From: a virus
Taxonomy: Duplodnaviria > Caudoviricetes
Length of the DNA: 53,374 nucleotides
Strand: one strand, 5' to 3'
IMG/VR virus record: IMGVR_UViG_3300042890_003727
Span: 1-53,374 of that record
Position 1 is the first letter of the stretch. Every line of letters starts with the position of its first letter. The position numbers were made by a program, and so were the translations under genes. The notes beneath the pieces are model-generated. The model had not been told where the DNA came from and did no database searches. It was given only the letters and a program-made list of their open reading frames with translations. This document shows positions 36,318 to 44,610 of the stretch, piece by piece.

Positions 36318-36889
36318 AAATATTCACCAGTGATTTGCATTTTGGGCATAAAAGAATTGTGGAATTTACTAATCGTTCTAAGGAATGCTTATCTCAAGAA
36401 AACCACGACAGATGGTTAATTGATTTATGGTACACAGAAGTATCAGCAGGTGATACCGTTTATCATCTAGGTGATTTCTCATTCTTTAGTAAATACGATG
36501 ATGTAGCCAATGTAGTTAGTAAACTAAAAGGTCAAAAGATTTTTATCAAAGGTAATCATGATAGAAGAGATCATTTTGATCAATTAGTAAAAGATAATCT
36601 TATTGAAGCATGGTATGATTATAAAGAAATCAAAATAGCAAATTTCTCTGTTGCGTTATTTCACTTTCCTATTGCATCGTGGCATAAACAATCCTCTGGT
36701 TCTTGGCATTTACATGGGCACTGTCATGGAAATTTCAAGGATTCTAAAGGTAAAATGCTTGACGTAGGTATTGATTCGGTATATAATATGCATGGAAAGC
36801 ACAAATTTTTAGATGAACATCAGATTAAATACATGATGGAATTCACGCCAATATATCTAGCAGATGAACACAGAAAGGATTTAAGTTGA
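36314..36889 (+). CDS. calcineurin-like metallophosphoesterase
   Basis: SDLH.GH, GD, GNHD, H.P, HGHCH motifs. Confidence 0.9.
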   Translation: MKIFTSDLHFGHKRIVEFTNRSKECLSQENHDRWLIDLWYTEVSAGDTVYHLGDFSFFSKYDDVANVVSKLKGQKIFIKGNHDRRDHFDQLVKDNLIEAWYDYKEIKIANFSVALFHFPIASWHKQSSGSWHLHGHCHGNFKDSKGKMLDVGIDSVYNMHGKHKFLDEHQIKYMMEFTPIYLADEHRKDLS

Positions 36890-37524
36890 AAGTAAAATTA
36901 GTAGGATATACTCAACCGAGTAAAGAGTTTATTGAGGACTTTAAAACCGCAAAAGAGTTAGTTGCTTATTGCGCCAGGGTTAGTAATCCAAGTAATCAGT
37001 TGAATAGCGAAACAGCAGATAAGTTACTTAATTATTTGAGTAAACATAAGCATTGGTCGCCGTTTGAAATGGCTTCAGCTACCTTAGAAATTGAAACTAC
37101 TAGAGATATCGCTAGGCAGTTCTTGCGCCACCGTAGCTTTTCTTTTCAGGAGTTCAGCCAGCGATACGCTGATCCAACAAAAGACCTTGAGTTTGTTATT
37201 CGTGAAGCTCGTCTGCAGGATACTAAAAATCGTCAGAACTCAATTGAAACAGAAAACCTTGCACTACAAAGCTTTTGGGAAAACTACCAAAGGAAAGTAA
37301 TTCAGCATGCCACCGATGCATACACATGGGCTATTGAAAATGGTATTGCTAAAGAGCAAGCTAGATGCGTATTACCAGAAGGTAATACAGGTTCTAGACT
37401 GTATGTTAATGGTACAATTCGTAGTTGGATTCACTACATTGAAGTACGTAGCGATGAATCAACTCAGAAAGAGCATCGTTTGCTAGCTCAGGAAATCGCC
37501 AAGGCTATAAAGGAAATCTTTTAA
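36886..37524 (+). CDS. thyX: FAD-dependent thymidylate synthase
   Basis: H.SPFE, RHRSFSFQEFSQRY ThyX motif, KEQAR.VLP, TQKEH. Confidence 0.95.
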   Translation: MKVKLVGYTQPSKEFIEDFKTAKELVAYCARVSNPSNQLNSETADKLLNYLSKHKHWSPFEMASATLEIETTRDIARQFLRHRSFSFQEFSQRYADPTKDLEFVIREARLQDTKNRQNSIETENLALQSFWENYQRKVIQHATDAYTWAIENGIAKEQARCVLPEGNTGSRLYVNGTIRSWIHYIEVRSDESTQKEHRLLAQEIAKAIKEIF

Positions 37525-37934
37525 TGAAATACGAAAAAGTGAAAAAAGAAGTGCATTATAAAAGTGCTAGTTATAAGCAGTTAGTTAAAAATATCTCAAT
37601 AAGTTCTGGTTATAATTTATACGAAGTGCAAGATGTTCTTAATCACTTTATCGGTCATACTCAGCAAATGCTAGCTGAAGGTCATAGGGTGAAGATTTAT
37701 GGTATCGGTGTGATAGATCTTCACAAAATGAAGGTAAAAAAAGTTCTGAACAACAGGGAAATAAGCTATACTACATGTCGTCTGTCACTTTCGACGGATA
37801 AACCGATGATGAGATTTTTAAAGGAGAACTACCTTGCAACAGACCCCTGCACCAAAGAACTGGCCCTTTCCGATTCACAACTCTCAGAGGACACCGGAGA
37901 GTCAGAAGTTGCTAGACAACAAGAACTTTTCTGA
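37524..37934 (+). CDS. HU/IHF-like DNA-binding protein
   Basis: KQLV..IS...V..VL..F...L.EG..VKI.GIG pattern. Confidence 0.6.
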   Translation: MKYEKVKKEVHYKSASYKQLVKNISISSGYNLYEVQDVLNHFIGHTQQMLAEGHRVKIYGIGVIDLHKMKVKKVLNNREISYTTCRLSLSTDKPMMRFLKENYLATDPCTKELALSDSQLSEDTGESEVARQQELF

Positions 37935-37994
37935 GAATAAACCAAAAACAATTGACTTGAGTGACTGCGAAGAAGCTCTACTTTAAAGGCACAG

Positions 37995-38429
37995 ATGCAA
38001 GATTATGTAGTTAGCGTAGAAGAAGTTCTTAACAATAAAAGTTTACCATCTTGGATATATAAATGCGCTTTTGAATTACAAGTTCAATCATATTTACCAA
38101 CAGGTGAATTCTTTGAAAAATTAGATGACGAAGAACTTCTGCATTTAAAAGAATGCGCTGAGAAAATAAGAACCAAGGATTTTACTAGTTTTGAAATCAA
38201 TGACATAGAGTCACAAAAGAATCTACAAAATCTTTGCTTGCTTTGTTTTCTATTAGCTCTTGGTGAAGGTATTGCTGAAATTAATCCAGAGGCATTATCT
38301 TCTATGCTTGAGTCACTTTTTATGCTAATAGCAATTGATGGAATGCATAGAAATAATATATTGCAAGCAATTCGTAAGAATTATTCTTTGTTGGATTCAA
38401 CTAATCCTGTTGTAAAGGGGAAGAAATGA
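37995..38429 (+). CDS. hypothetical protein
   Basis: ORF track, RBS-like AAAGG. Confidence 0.65.
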   Translation: MQDYVVSVEEVLNNKSLPSWIYKCAFELQVQSYLPTGEFFEKLDDEELLHLKECAEKIRTKDFTSFEINDIESQKNLQNLCLLCFLLALGEGIAEINPEALSSMLESLFMLIAIDGMHRNNILQAIRKNYSLLDSTNPVVKGKK

Positions 38430-38902
38430 AAGTAAATATTGGTAAATATCCTAAAACTGGTTCATTAAGAAAAGTATCAGTAAAAATTGATTCTTATGAT
38501 ACGTGGAGTGCAGATCATACATTAGCGTTAATTATTACTCCATTATTGGAGAAGATAAAAGAAAAAAAGTACGGCGCTCCTTTGGTTGATGATGACGATG
38601 TACCTGATGAATTAAAATCAACTTCTGCTGATAAAAAAGAACATGAATGGGATACGGACAGTAATCATTTTAAACGCTGGGATTGGGTATTGGATGAAAT
38701 GATTTACGCTATGCGTGAAATATCAGAAGATAATCCCGGTCAGCATAAATTCTTTGATGATTCTGATTTTATAGAATCTGACAATCTTTTTGATCAGCTT
38801 GACAAAATGAAGGTTGATATTGAAGGTTTAGATGCATATCATGCAAGAATTCGAAATGCATGCAAATTATTTGGTAAGTACTTTCAATCTCTTTGGAGTT
38901 AA
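38426..38902 (+). CDS. conserved phage hypothetical protein
   Basis: ID.YDTWS.D.TLA.II.P.L, RWDWVLDEMI.A, LFGKYF..LW. Confidence 0.75.
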   Translation: MKVNIGKYPKTGSLRKVSVKIDSYDTWSADHTLALIITPLLEKIKEKKYGAPLVDDDDVPDELKSTSADKKEHEWDTDSNHFKRWDWVLDEMIYAMREISEDNPGQHKFFDDSDFIESDNLFDQLDKMKVDIEGLDAYHARIRNACKLFGKYFQSLWS

Positions 38903-39028
38903 TCATGCCTAAGAAATTAAAAGAAATTGATACTACTTTAAATAATTACGATGATGACGTTGAGTTCTTATCTAAGAAAGAAGAAAAAGAAATTCTTTAC
39001 TGCTTAGAAAGTTATAATCAATTTAATA

Positions 39029-39211
39029 ATGAAAGAATTAACCATGATTAAAGAAGAGTTTAATCGATCTTTGATAAAACTAGTTCATGAAGCTAACGCA
39101 AATGAATTACCGATAGATGATGTGTTTGAAGTGCTAAATGCACAGCGAATTATTGCAGAAACAATTCTTCGCCTTAGTATAGAAAAAGCTTATAAAGAAA
39201 GGTTTGTATAA
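39029..39211 (+). CDS. hypothetical protein
   Basis: ORF track; TAATG coupling. Confidence 0.55.
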   Translation: MKELTMIKEEFNRSLIKLVHEANANELPIDDVFEVLNAQRIIAETILRLSIEKAYKERFV

Positions 39212-39364
39212 TGAAATACGTGGTAAAATGGAACAATGGATACTGGAAGGTATTCGATCAGGTCAGTTACAGCGATGCAATGCTTTGCAATCTTAAAAGC
39301 GAAGCAGAAAGTCAGTGCAAGCGATTGAACTCTCAGGAAAAGCGAAAAGCTTAAAAACATATTT

Positions 39365-39407
39365 CTCACAGGGTCTTTTACCTTGTGGGATTTTTTAGTG
39401 CTATACT
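39365..39407 (+). promoter_or_regulatory. terminator hairpin immediately followed by extended -10 promoter
   Basis: CTCACAGGGT/ACCTTGTGGG stem, T-run, TGCTATACT at 39399-39407, then CAACCAACAGGAG. Confidence 0.6.
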
Positions 39408-39437
39408 ACATGCTCACCAACCAACAGGAGTCTTAAG

Positions 39438-39644
39438 ATGACAGAAGATGCAGAAAAGTCAGTATTTGTTAGCAGCAAAGAATACGAAGTTCTAATCCTT
39501 CGTAACGCTTGCTTTAAACAACTTTATGATGTAGTTCGTGTTGATTTCTTTAAAGAAGAAATTGAGTATTTGGCTAAAGGTATTGATTTTGTGGATGCGG
39601 TAGTTATTGTTGAGGAATTTGAAAATGAAATCGAACATGCGTGA
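39438..39644 (+). CDS. hypothetical protein
   Basis: AGGAG RBS. Confidence 0.65.
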   Translation: MTEDAEKSVFVSSKEYEVLILRNACFKQLYDVVRVDFFKEEIEYLAKGIDFVDAVVIVEEFENEIEHA

Positions 39645-39792
39645 TTTTTTTGCACAATGCAATAAGGATGAACTGCGTAAGTTTCGTAAAGAACGCGATG
39701 ATGAAAATCTAGCGGATCAGAATCGGCGCAAAGAAAAGAAAAAACAAAAGTACATTGATGAAAGACGCAAACAAAAACGCAATGAAGTATAG
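39637..39792 (+). CDS. small basic hypothetical protein
   Basis: MRDFF... Lys/Arg-rich, coupled to neighbours. Confidence 0.5.
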   Translation: MRDFFAQCNKDELRKFRKERDDENLADQNRRKEKKKQKYIDERRKQKRNEV

Positions 39793-40312
39793 ATTACTTC
39801 TAGTATTTGTTTTAATCTCAAGTATTTTTATCACTGCTTATTTATTCAAGTTAACTCTTGAAGAAAAGATTAGGATAGAAATGCTTGAGGAATTTAAACA
39901 AAAAGAAAAACAATGCATTGCTACAGCTTTGTATCACGAAGCTAGAGGTGAAGGTGAGCTTGGTATGAAGGCTGTAGCTAATGTTATTCATAATAGATAT
40001 AATCATCCTAAGTATCCTAGTACTTATTGCGGAGTCATTAATCAGCATAAGCAGTTTAGTTATACTCTGGAGAAAAAACCAATAGGTAATGATTTGAAAG
40101 CATCTTTGATTATTTCAGATGCAAATAAAAAAGCTTATGATAAGGCTGAAGAAATTGCTGATGATTTAGTGCAAGATAACTTCAAGGGATTTTTACCTAG
40201 TAATGCACTTCATTATGCTACTACTAGAGTAAAAAATTACTGGACTAGAAGTAAACATGTAGTAATGCAAATTGGTAATCATAAATTCTATGCTGAAAAG
40301 GAAAAGAAATGA
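39782..40312 (+). CDS. cell wall hydrolase (SleB/Hydrolase_2-like) with N-terminal TM
   Basis: C.A.ALYHEARGE...AVA.VI.NR...QFS...IGNH.FY. Confidence 0.88.
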   Translation: MKYRLLLVFVLISSIFITAYLFKLTLEEKIRIEMLEEFKQKEKQCIATALYHEARGEGELGMKAVANVIHNRYNHPKYPSTYCGVINQHKQFSYTLEKKPIGNDLKASLIISDANKKAYDKAEEIADDLVQDNFKGFLPSNALHYATTRVKNYWTRSKHVVMQIGNHKFYAEKEKK

Positions 40313-41850
40313 ATGATCGTGATATTATGCAGCAGGTGCTGTCTGCGGTTGAATGGATTGCCAAACAACGTACTGGGGGCATGATCCAGCGTAAAGCAAC
40401 TGAAGTCATCACCGCACTGCGCGAGAGGCTGGCACAGCCAGAGCAGGAGCCTGTGGCGATTGCCTTGAATACAGGAACAAAGCAAGGTGTGAAGTGGCTG
40501 AAAAACGTAGAGCATGGTGAGAACCTTTACACCACCCCACCCGCAGCACAGCCAGCACAGCATCCGGTAGCGTTTGTAAACGCTGACCACTTGCAAGGCT
40601 TGACATTGGGGCATTACGGATACGCTGAAATTTACACAGATGAATCGCAAGGGCGAGTACCCCTCTACACCACCGCACCTGCAGCACCAATGACTGAGTT
40701 TGAAGAAGCTGTAGCTGCTTGCGACAACACGCTGCATTATGCTATTGACTATTGGCAAGACAGGGCGATGAAGGCAGAGGCACTGCTAACGCAGCCAGAA
40801 CTAACCAACCAATGCGGTGAAACCTGCGAGAGAGCCAAGTTGTGTGCAACCTGTGGGGGAATGCTTTCGCAGCCAGAGAAGCAGGCCGTGGCGATTGATT
40901 GGGACACCAAAACTGATACGCCCATCATGGGCTACACCGCCCCACCCGCAGCACTCACGCAGGAGCCTGTGGCGTGGATGTACCAATGCACCGCAGATAA
41001 CTCAAGGCCGGTGCTTTTACATCAAAAACAAAATTGGGCAGAAAGCGGTACAGGACTTTGGGTGGAATCACCCCTCTACACCACCGCACCTGCAGCAGTG
41101 CAGGAGCCTGTGGCGTATGAGTACGGCGATGAATTGTATTGGCACACAAACCCTGCACTGAACGATTACATCCGAGACAACGGGAAGGCTTTGGTTTATG
41201 CCACCACACCCGCAGCAGCGCAGCGCACATGGGTTGGGCTGACGGATGAGGAAGAAGATGCGGCGTCTTTACGCCCAAGCCATCGAAGCCAAACTCAAGG
41301 AGCTAAACAAATGACAAACAAACTGAACAAAATGTGGGCAGCACTAGCTGCTTATCAACCCCAAGCCGATGCCGCAGGGCATGGAAAATCTTGGGCGCGG
41401 ATGTGCAGTGAGAGGACTGCTGCTTCTGCTGATGCTGCTGCTGATGCTGCTGCTACAGCTTATGATGATGCTGCTGACGCTGCTTATGCTGCTGCTTATG
41501 CTGCTTATGCTGCTAATGCTGCTGCTGCTGAGTGGTCGTGTAAGGCGATTGATCGCATTAACAAAGTGCTCAAAATACAGCCAGCACCCGCAGCACCTGT
41601 GCAGGAGCCTCGCGGGTATCAATGGCTTGATACATCAGTGTTCCGTAAAAAACTGCCGGAAAACGCCGAGCCTGATGCGTGGAATGCCCTCTACACCACA
41701 CCACCCGCAGCACAGCCAGAACGCGATCTGATACGCCGAATGCAGGGGCAGATTGAGAGGCTTCAAGCGGCACTACATACGCTGCCTGACCGTGGACTTT
41801 CCGCGATGGTAGCCGGTCAGTTGCAAGCAGCACCAACAAATAAGCAATGA
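40309..41850 (+). CDS. GC-rich mosaic repeat protein (QEPVA...LYTTPPAA modules); probably two genes joined by a frameshift, second start at 41311
   Basis: Repeated constant blocks flank unrelated 13-32 aa inserts; AAGGAG + ATG at 41311; a natural-looking C-terminus YAQAIEAKLKELNK* lies in the +1 frame at 41258-41314. Confidence 0.7.
   Translation: MNDRDIMQQVLSAVEWIAKQRTGGMIQRKATEVITALRERLAQPEQEPVAIALNTGTKQGVKWLKNVEHGENLYTTPPAAQPAQHPVAFVNADHLQGLTLGHYGYAEIYTDESQGRVPLYTTAPAAPMTEFEEAVAACDNTLHYAIDYWQDRAMKAEALLTQPELTNQCGETCERAKLCATCGGMLSQPEKQAVAIDWDTKTDTPIMGYTAPPAALTQEPVAWMYQCTADNSRPVLLHQKQNWAESGTGLWVESPLYTTAPAAVQEPVAYEYGDELYWHTNPALNDYIRDNGKALVYATTPAAAQRTWVGLTDEEEDAASLRPSHRSQTQGAKQMTNKLNKMWAALAAYQPQADAAGHGKSWARMCSERTAASADAAADAAATAYDDAADAAYAAAYAAYAANAAAAEWSCKAIDRINKVLKIQPAPAAPVQEPRGYQWLDTSVFRKKLPENAEPDAWNALYTTPPAAQPERDLIRRMQGQIERLQAALHTLPDRGLSAMVAGQLQAAPTNKQ
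40444..41719 (+). repeat. dispersed intragenic repeats CAGGAGCCTGTGGCG and CCCTCTACACCAC(C/A)..ACC(C/T)GCAGCA
   Basis: CAGGAGCCTGTGGCG exact at 40444, 40960, 41101 (variant 41602); 26-bp exact repeat at 40661 and 41072; variants at 40524, 40933, 41200, 41687. Confidence 0.9.
41418..41529 (+). repeat. low-complexity GCT/GAT/TAT codon repeat (Ala-Asp-Tyr-rich tract)
   Basis: gctgctgatgctgct...gcttatgctgct. Confidence 0.85.
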
Positions 41851-42056
41851 TACGCTGGTTAGGTACAATTACTTACCTCATCAGCATGGTTCTTACTTCT
41901 TTAAATATTTATCCAATCAACCTAGTTTTTGGTGCAATCGGTGCTATACTGTGGTGCTTGGCTGGCTTGCAGTACAGAGACAATGCATTGATTGTTGGTG
42001 AAGTTGCATCTAGCGCAATTTATATTTTTGGTTTAATTGCATGGAGTTTAAAATGA
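41847..42056 (+). CDS. small membrane protein
   Basis: Three hydrophobic helices, YP.N motif. Confidence 0.7.
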   Translation: MIRWLGTITYLISMVLTSLNIYPINLVFGAIGAILWCLAGLQYRDNALIVGEVASSAIYIFGLIAWSLK

Positions 42057-42319
42057 CTGAAATGACTGAAATGACTAAAATGAACGAAAGAATTCAAGAA
42101 CTTGCTGAACGGGCTTTTCATGAAACCGCTTTGTATGGTGGTAAACAAGGTGAGAAAGGTTTTGACCAACGATACAGCGAAAAGTTCGCCGAGCTAATTG
42201 TTGGTCATGCTACGGAATGTGTGCGTGATGTTCTTCGTGATGAAAATTCAGAGTTGAGTTATGCTGCGGCAACACAGGTTCAGAATCGTATTAAAGAGTT
42301 TTTTGGAGTTGAAGAATGA
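42053..42319 (+). CDS. MNERI-family paralog 1
   Basis: MTEMTEMTK-MNERIQELAERA...KFAELIV...EC...FFGVEE. Confidence 0.8.
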   Translation: MTEMTEMTKMNERIQELAERAFHETALYGGKQGEKGFDQRYSEKFAELIVGHATECVRDVLRDENSELSYAAATQVQNRIKEFFGVEE

Positions 42320-42522
42320 ACGAACGAATTAAGAAACTTATTGAACAAGCCACTAGCATTGAGTACGGTGCAGATAATGGTTTTGACCGTGTGACTTTTG
42401 ATAAAGAGAAGTTTGCTGCTTTGGTTATAAAAGAATGCAGTGAGTATCTTTGGCATTATGAACCTGAATGGTATTACACCAAAGAAAACAAAATGTTTGA
42501 ATTTTTCGGAGTTAAAGAATGA
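42316..42522 (+). CDS. MNERI-family paralog 2
   Basis: MNERIKKLIEQA...KFAALVIKEC...FFGVKE. Confidence 0.8.
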   Translation: MNERIKKLIEQATSIEYGADNGFDRVTFDKEKFAALVIKECSEYLWHYEPEWYYTKENKMFEFFGVKE

Positions 42523-42722
42523 AGATAGAAACAGTAACAATGGATCGTGAATTTCCATTTTGGGTTGTTGCTGAATATAAACCGGGCAAGCGAGTTACTA
42601 AAGATATGATAACTTTTGATACTAACCGTCCGGATGTTCATGTAAACAAGTATGGCGTGGTACTATTCTATAATACTGATACGGCACTGATGTTGTTGGA
42701 AAAAGATTTCGGAGTTGAATAA
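42519..42722 (+). CDS. hypothetical cassette ORF ending FGVE
   Basis: Unrelated to the MNERI family but bounded by junction repeats. Confidence 0.7.
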   Translation: MKIETVTMDREFPFWVVAEYKPGKRVTKDMITFDTNRPDVHVNKYGVVLFYNTDTALMLLEKDFGVE

Positions 42723-42859
42723 TGAACGAACTATTAAATCTACTGTTTACCCAGCGTGATCAATTTTCTGCAATAGAATTTGAGTTCTTGGTTAAGTTGA
42801 TTGAAGATGGTACTATTGTTTCTTTTGAAGAACTTGCAGAATATGGAGTTGAAGAATGA
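42722..42859 (+). CDS. 45-aa cassette ORF (MNELLNLL...YGVEE), not in ORF track
   Basis: Starts and ends in junction repeats. Confidence 0.7.
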   Translation: MNELLNLLFTQRDQFSAIEFEFLVKLIEDGTIVSFEELAEYGVEE

Positions 42860-42933
42860 TTTATGTTGTAACTGCTTTCAATGCAATCATTGTGTTGTTT
42901 CTGTTGTACCTATTGGTATTCCATTGTAAATGA
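42856..42933 (+). CDS. 25-aa hydrophobic cassette peptide (MIYVVTAFNAIIVLFLLYLLVFHCK)
   Basis: Starts at junction ATGA; stop directly abuts the next junction. Confidence 0.55.
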   Translation: MIYVVTAFNAIIVLFLLYLLVFHCK

Positions 42934-42947
42934 GGAGTTGAAGAATA

Positions 42948-43103
42948 ATGTGGCAAATCTATAGAAAGCGACCAGACGGCACTCACTTGGATATCTGTGG
43001 TGAGTACTTTGACACCGAGCAAGAAGCCCAGGAACGTGCCGAGTATCTGGATGATGCATGGTTAGCAATGGGTGATTATCATTGGGTGAAGGAAGTAATA
43101 TGA
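42948..43103 (+). CDS. 51-aa cassette ORF (MWQIYRK...), not in ORF track
   Basis: Start supplied by junction GGAGTTGAAGAATAATG. Confidence 0.65.
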   Translation: MWQIYRKRPDGTHLDICGEYFDTEQEAQERAEYLDDAWLAMGDYHWVKEVI

Positions 43104-43318
43104 ACGAACGAATTAAAGCATTAGCCGTCGAAGCAGACTTCATGCTTTGTGAGGACGATCACTTTTACAGCGAGGGCCATTCACAAAAAATTACCAAACA
43201 ACTACAAAAGCTCGCCGAGTTGATTGTTGGGGAATGTGCTGAAGTTGCTAATGCACATGACTGTAATCATTCTGGCAATGATGGTGCAATTTTGAATTAT
43301 TTCGGAGTTAAAGAATGA
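43100..43318 (+). CDS. MNERI-family paralog 3
   Basis: MNERIKALAVEA...KLAELIVGECA...YFGVKE. Confidence 0.8.
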   Translation: MNERIKALAVEADFMLCEDDHFYSEGHSQKITKQLQKLAELIVGECAEVANAHDCNHSGNDGAILNYFGVKE

Positions 43319-43557
43319 AAACAATTTACAAATATACTCTAGATGGGTCGGTGTATATACCACAAGGCTCGACCGTTGTGCAAGTTGGTGTCCAGGATGG
43401 ACTTTACTGCATATGGGCTGCGGTTGATACTGATGCTCCTGTCGAAGAACGGGTTTTTGTTGTAGTCGGCACAGGTAGCGAGTTAAGTGACAATATGGTC
43501 CATGTTGGTACTGTGTTCGAGAATCCATTTGTATGGCATATTATGGAGTTAATATGA
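43315..43557 (+). CDS. hypothetical cassette ORF
   Basis: MKTIYKY...WAAVD...R.F.VVGTG...VGT...VWH, a common small phage protein pattern. Confidence 0.75.
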   Translation: MKTIYKYTLDGSVYIPQGSTVVQVGVQDGLYCIWAAVDTDAPVEERVFVVVGTGSELSDNMVHVGTVFENPFVWHIMELI

Positions 43558-43784
43558 ACGAACGAATTAAAGAACTGGTTGAGCAGGCTACTCCAAGACC
43601 TTACCGATCACAAGGCTTCGGTGGGGAACCGACACACATCTATCCAGGAACCCTTGACCAAGTAAAGTTCGCTGAGTTGATTGTTAGGGAATGTGTTGAG
43701 ATTTGTGATAATACAATTAGTGATTTGGATGGTTGGTATGCTGCTTGTAAACAGATTAGGGAACATTTCGGAGTTGAATCATGA
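43554..43784 (+). CDS. MNERI-family paralog 4
   Basis: MNERIKELVEQA...KFAELIVREC...EHFGVES. Confidence 0.8.
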   Translation: MNERIKELVEQATPRPYRSQGFGGEPTHIYPGTLDQVKFAELIVRECVEICDNTISDLDGWYAACKQIREHFGVES

Positions 43785-44002
43785 ACATAGATAAAAGCGC
43801 AATATTCTCGCAATGTGTCTACGATGTAGATAATCGGTATGTTGATTTAAGGATTGAGCCTACCTTTGGTGATTCGTTCATGCTTATTATGACGGATGCA
43901 TCCGATGAGGAAGAATCCAACACCGAGATTGAACTCTTTCTCACAAAAGAAAATTTAAAAATTATAATTGACCGTTTGACTGAGGTTTTGAATAATGAAT
44001 GA
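43781..44002 (+). CDS. hypothetical acidic cassette ORF
   Basis: Starts at junction ATGA. Confidence 0.7.
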   Translation: MNIDKSAIFSQCVYDVDNRYVDLRIEPTFGDSFMLIMTDASDEEESNTEIELFLTKENLKIIIDRLTEVLNNE

Positions 44003-44315
44003 AATAATTAAAGAACTTGCAAATCAATGCGGATTTAGAAGTAATCCTGATATATATGATCGTAATCAATCATTTGATATTCCAAAGTTTGCTGAGTTAA
44101 TTGTTCAGGAATGTATCGGCATCGTTAAGCAAAGATGGATTAATCCTGACGAAGATGTAATCGCCGAAGAAATTAAACAACATTTCGGAGTTGAAGAACT
44201 GAAAAAAGTTGCACCTAAGTCTAGATGTAGTGTATGTGGTACAACTGAAAATGTAAAGTATATGGGCGGCTATCAACCTTACCTATGTGATTCAGAAGAT
44301 TGTATTCCGTTTTAA
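43995..44315 (+). CDS. MNERI-family paralog 5 fused to a Cys4 peptide
   Basis: MNEIIKELANQC...KFAELIVQEC...HFGVEE-L-KKVAPKSRCSVC...LC...C. Confidence 0.75.
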   Translation: MNEIIKELANQCGFRSNPDIYDRNQSFDIPKFAELIVQECIGIVKQRWINPDEDVIAEEIKQHFGVEELKKVAPKSRCSVCGTTENVKYMGGYQPYLCDSEDCIPF

Positions 44316-44339
44316 GGAGTTGAAGAATAACCACACAAC

Positions 44340-44380
44340 TTAGTCAACTATTGTTTTTTCTTAAAAAACTGTGCTATACT
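44340..44380 (+). promoter_or_regulatory. early-type promoter
   Basis: TTAGTCAACTA, TTGTTT, TGCTATACT, then CAACAAGGAG. Confidence 0.65.
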
Positions 44381-44406
44381 TGCATCATCGCAACAAGGAG
44401 AGCATC

Positions 44407-44601
44407 ATGGGATACAAAGTAATCGCAGACAAGACAGAGATGGACATCATGCGCGTGAAGTACAGCCAGCGAGAAGGTCTTGAAGGACCATTTAACTTCT
44501 ACGGTAGGGTTCTTTACTACGACAACAAAGAAGGTCAGTACTACGATCCTACTACGGATTTCTACGTAGAACAAAGTGAAATGAATGAGCTTCTTAAGTA
44601 A
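44407..44601 (+). CDS. hypothetical protein
   Basis: AAGGAG RBS; GLEGPF...LYYD.KEG.YYDP.TD.YV. Confidence 0.7.
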   Translation: MGYKVIADKTEMDIMRVKYSQREGLEGPFNFYGRVLYYDNKEGQYYDPTTDFYVEQSEMNELLK

Positions 44602-44610
44602 GGAAATGAA

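Noticed and set aside
41369-41731. Leu/Met-rich ORF (and antisense Ser-rich ORF 41344..41622)
   Set aside because: Alternate-frame shadows of the GCT/GAT low-complexity tract.
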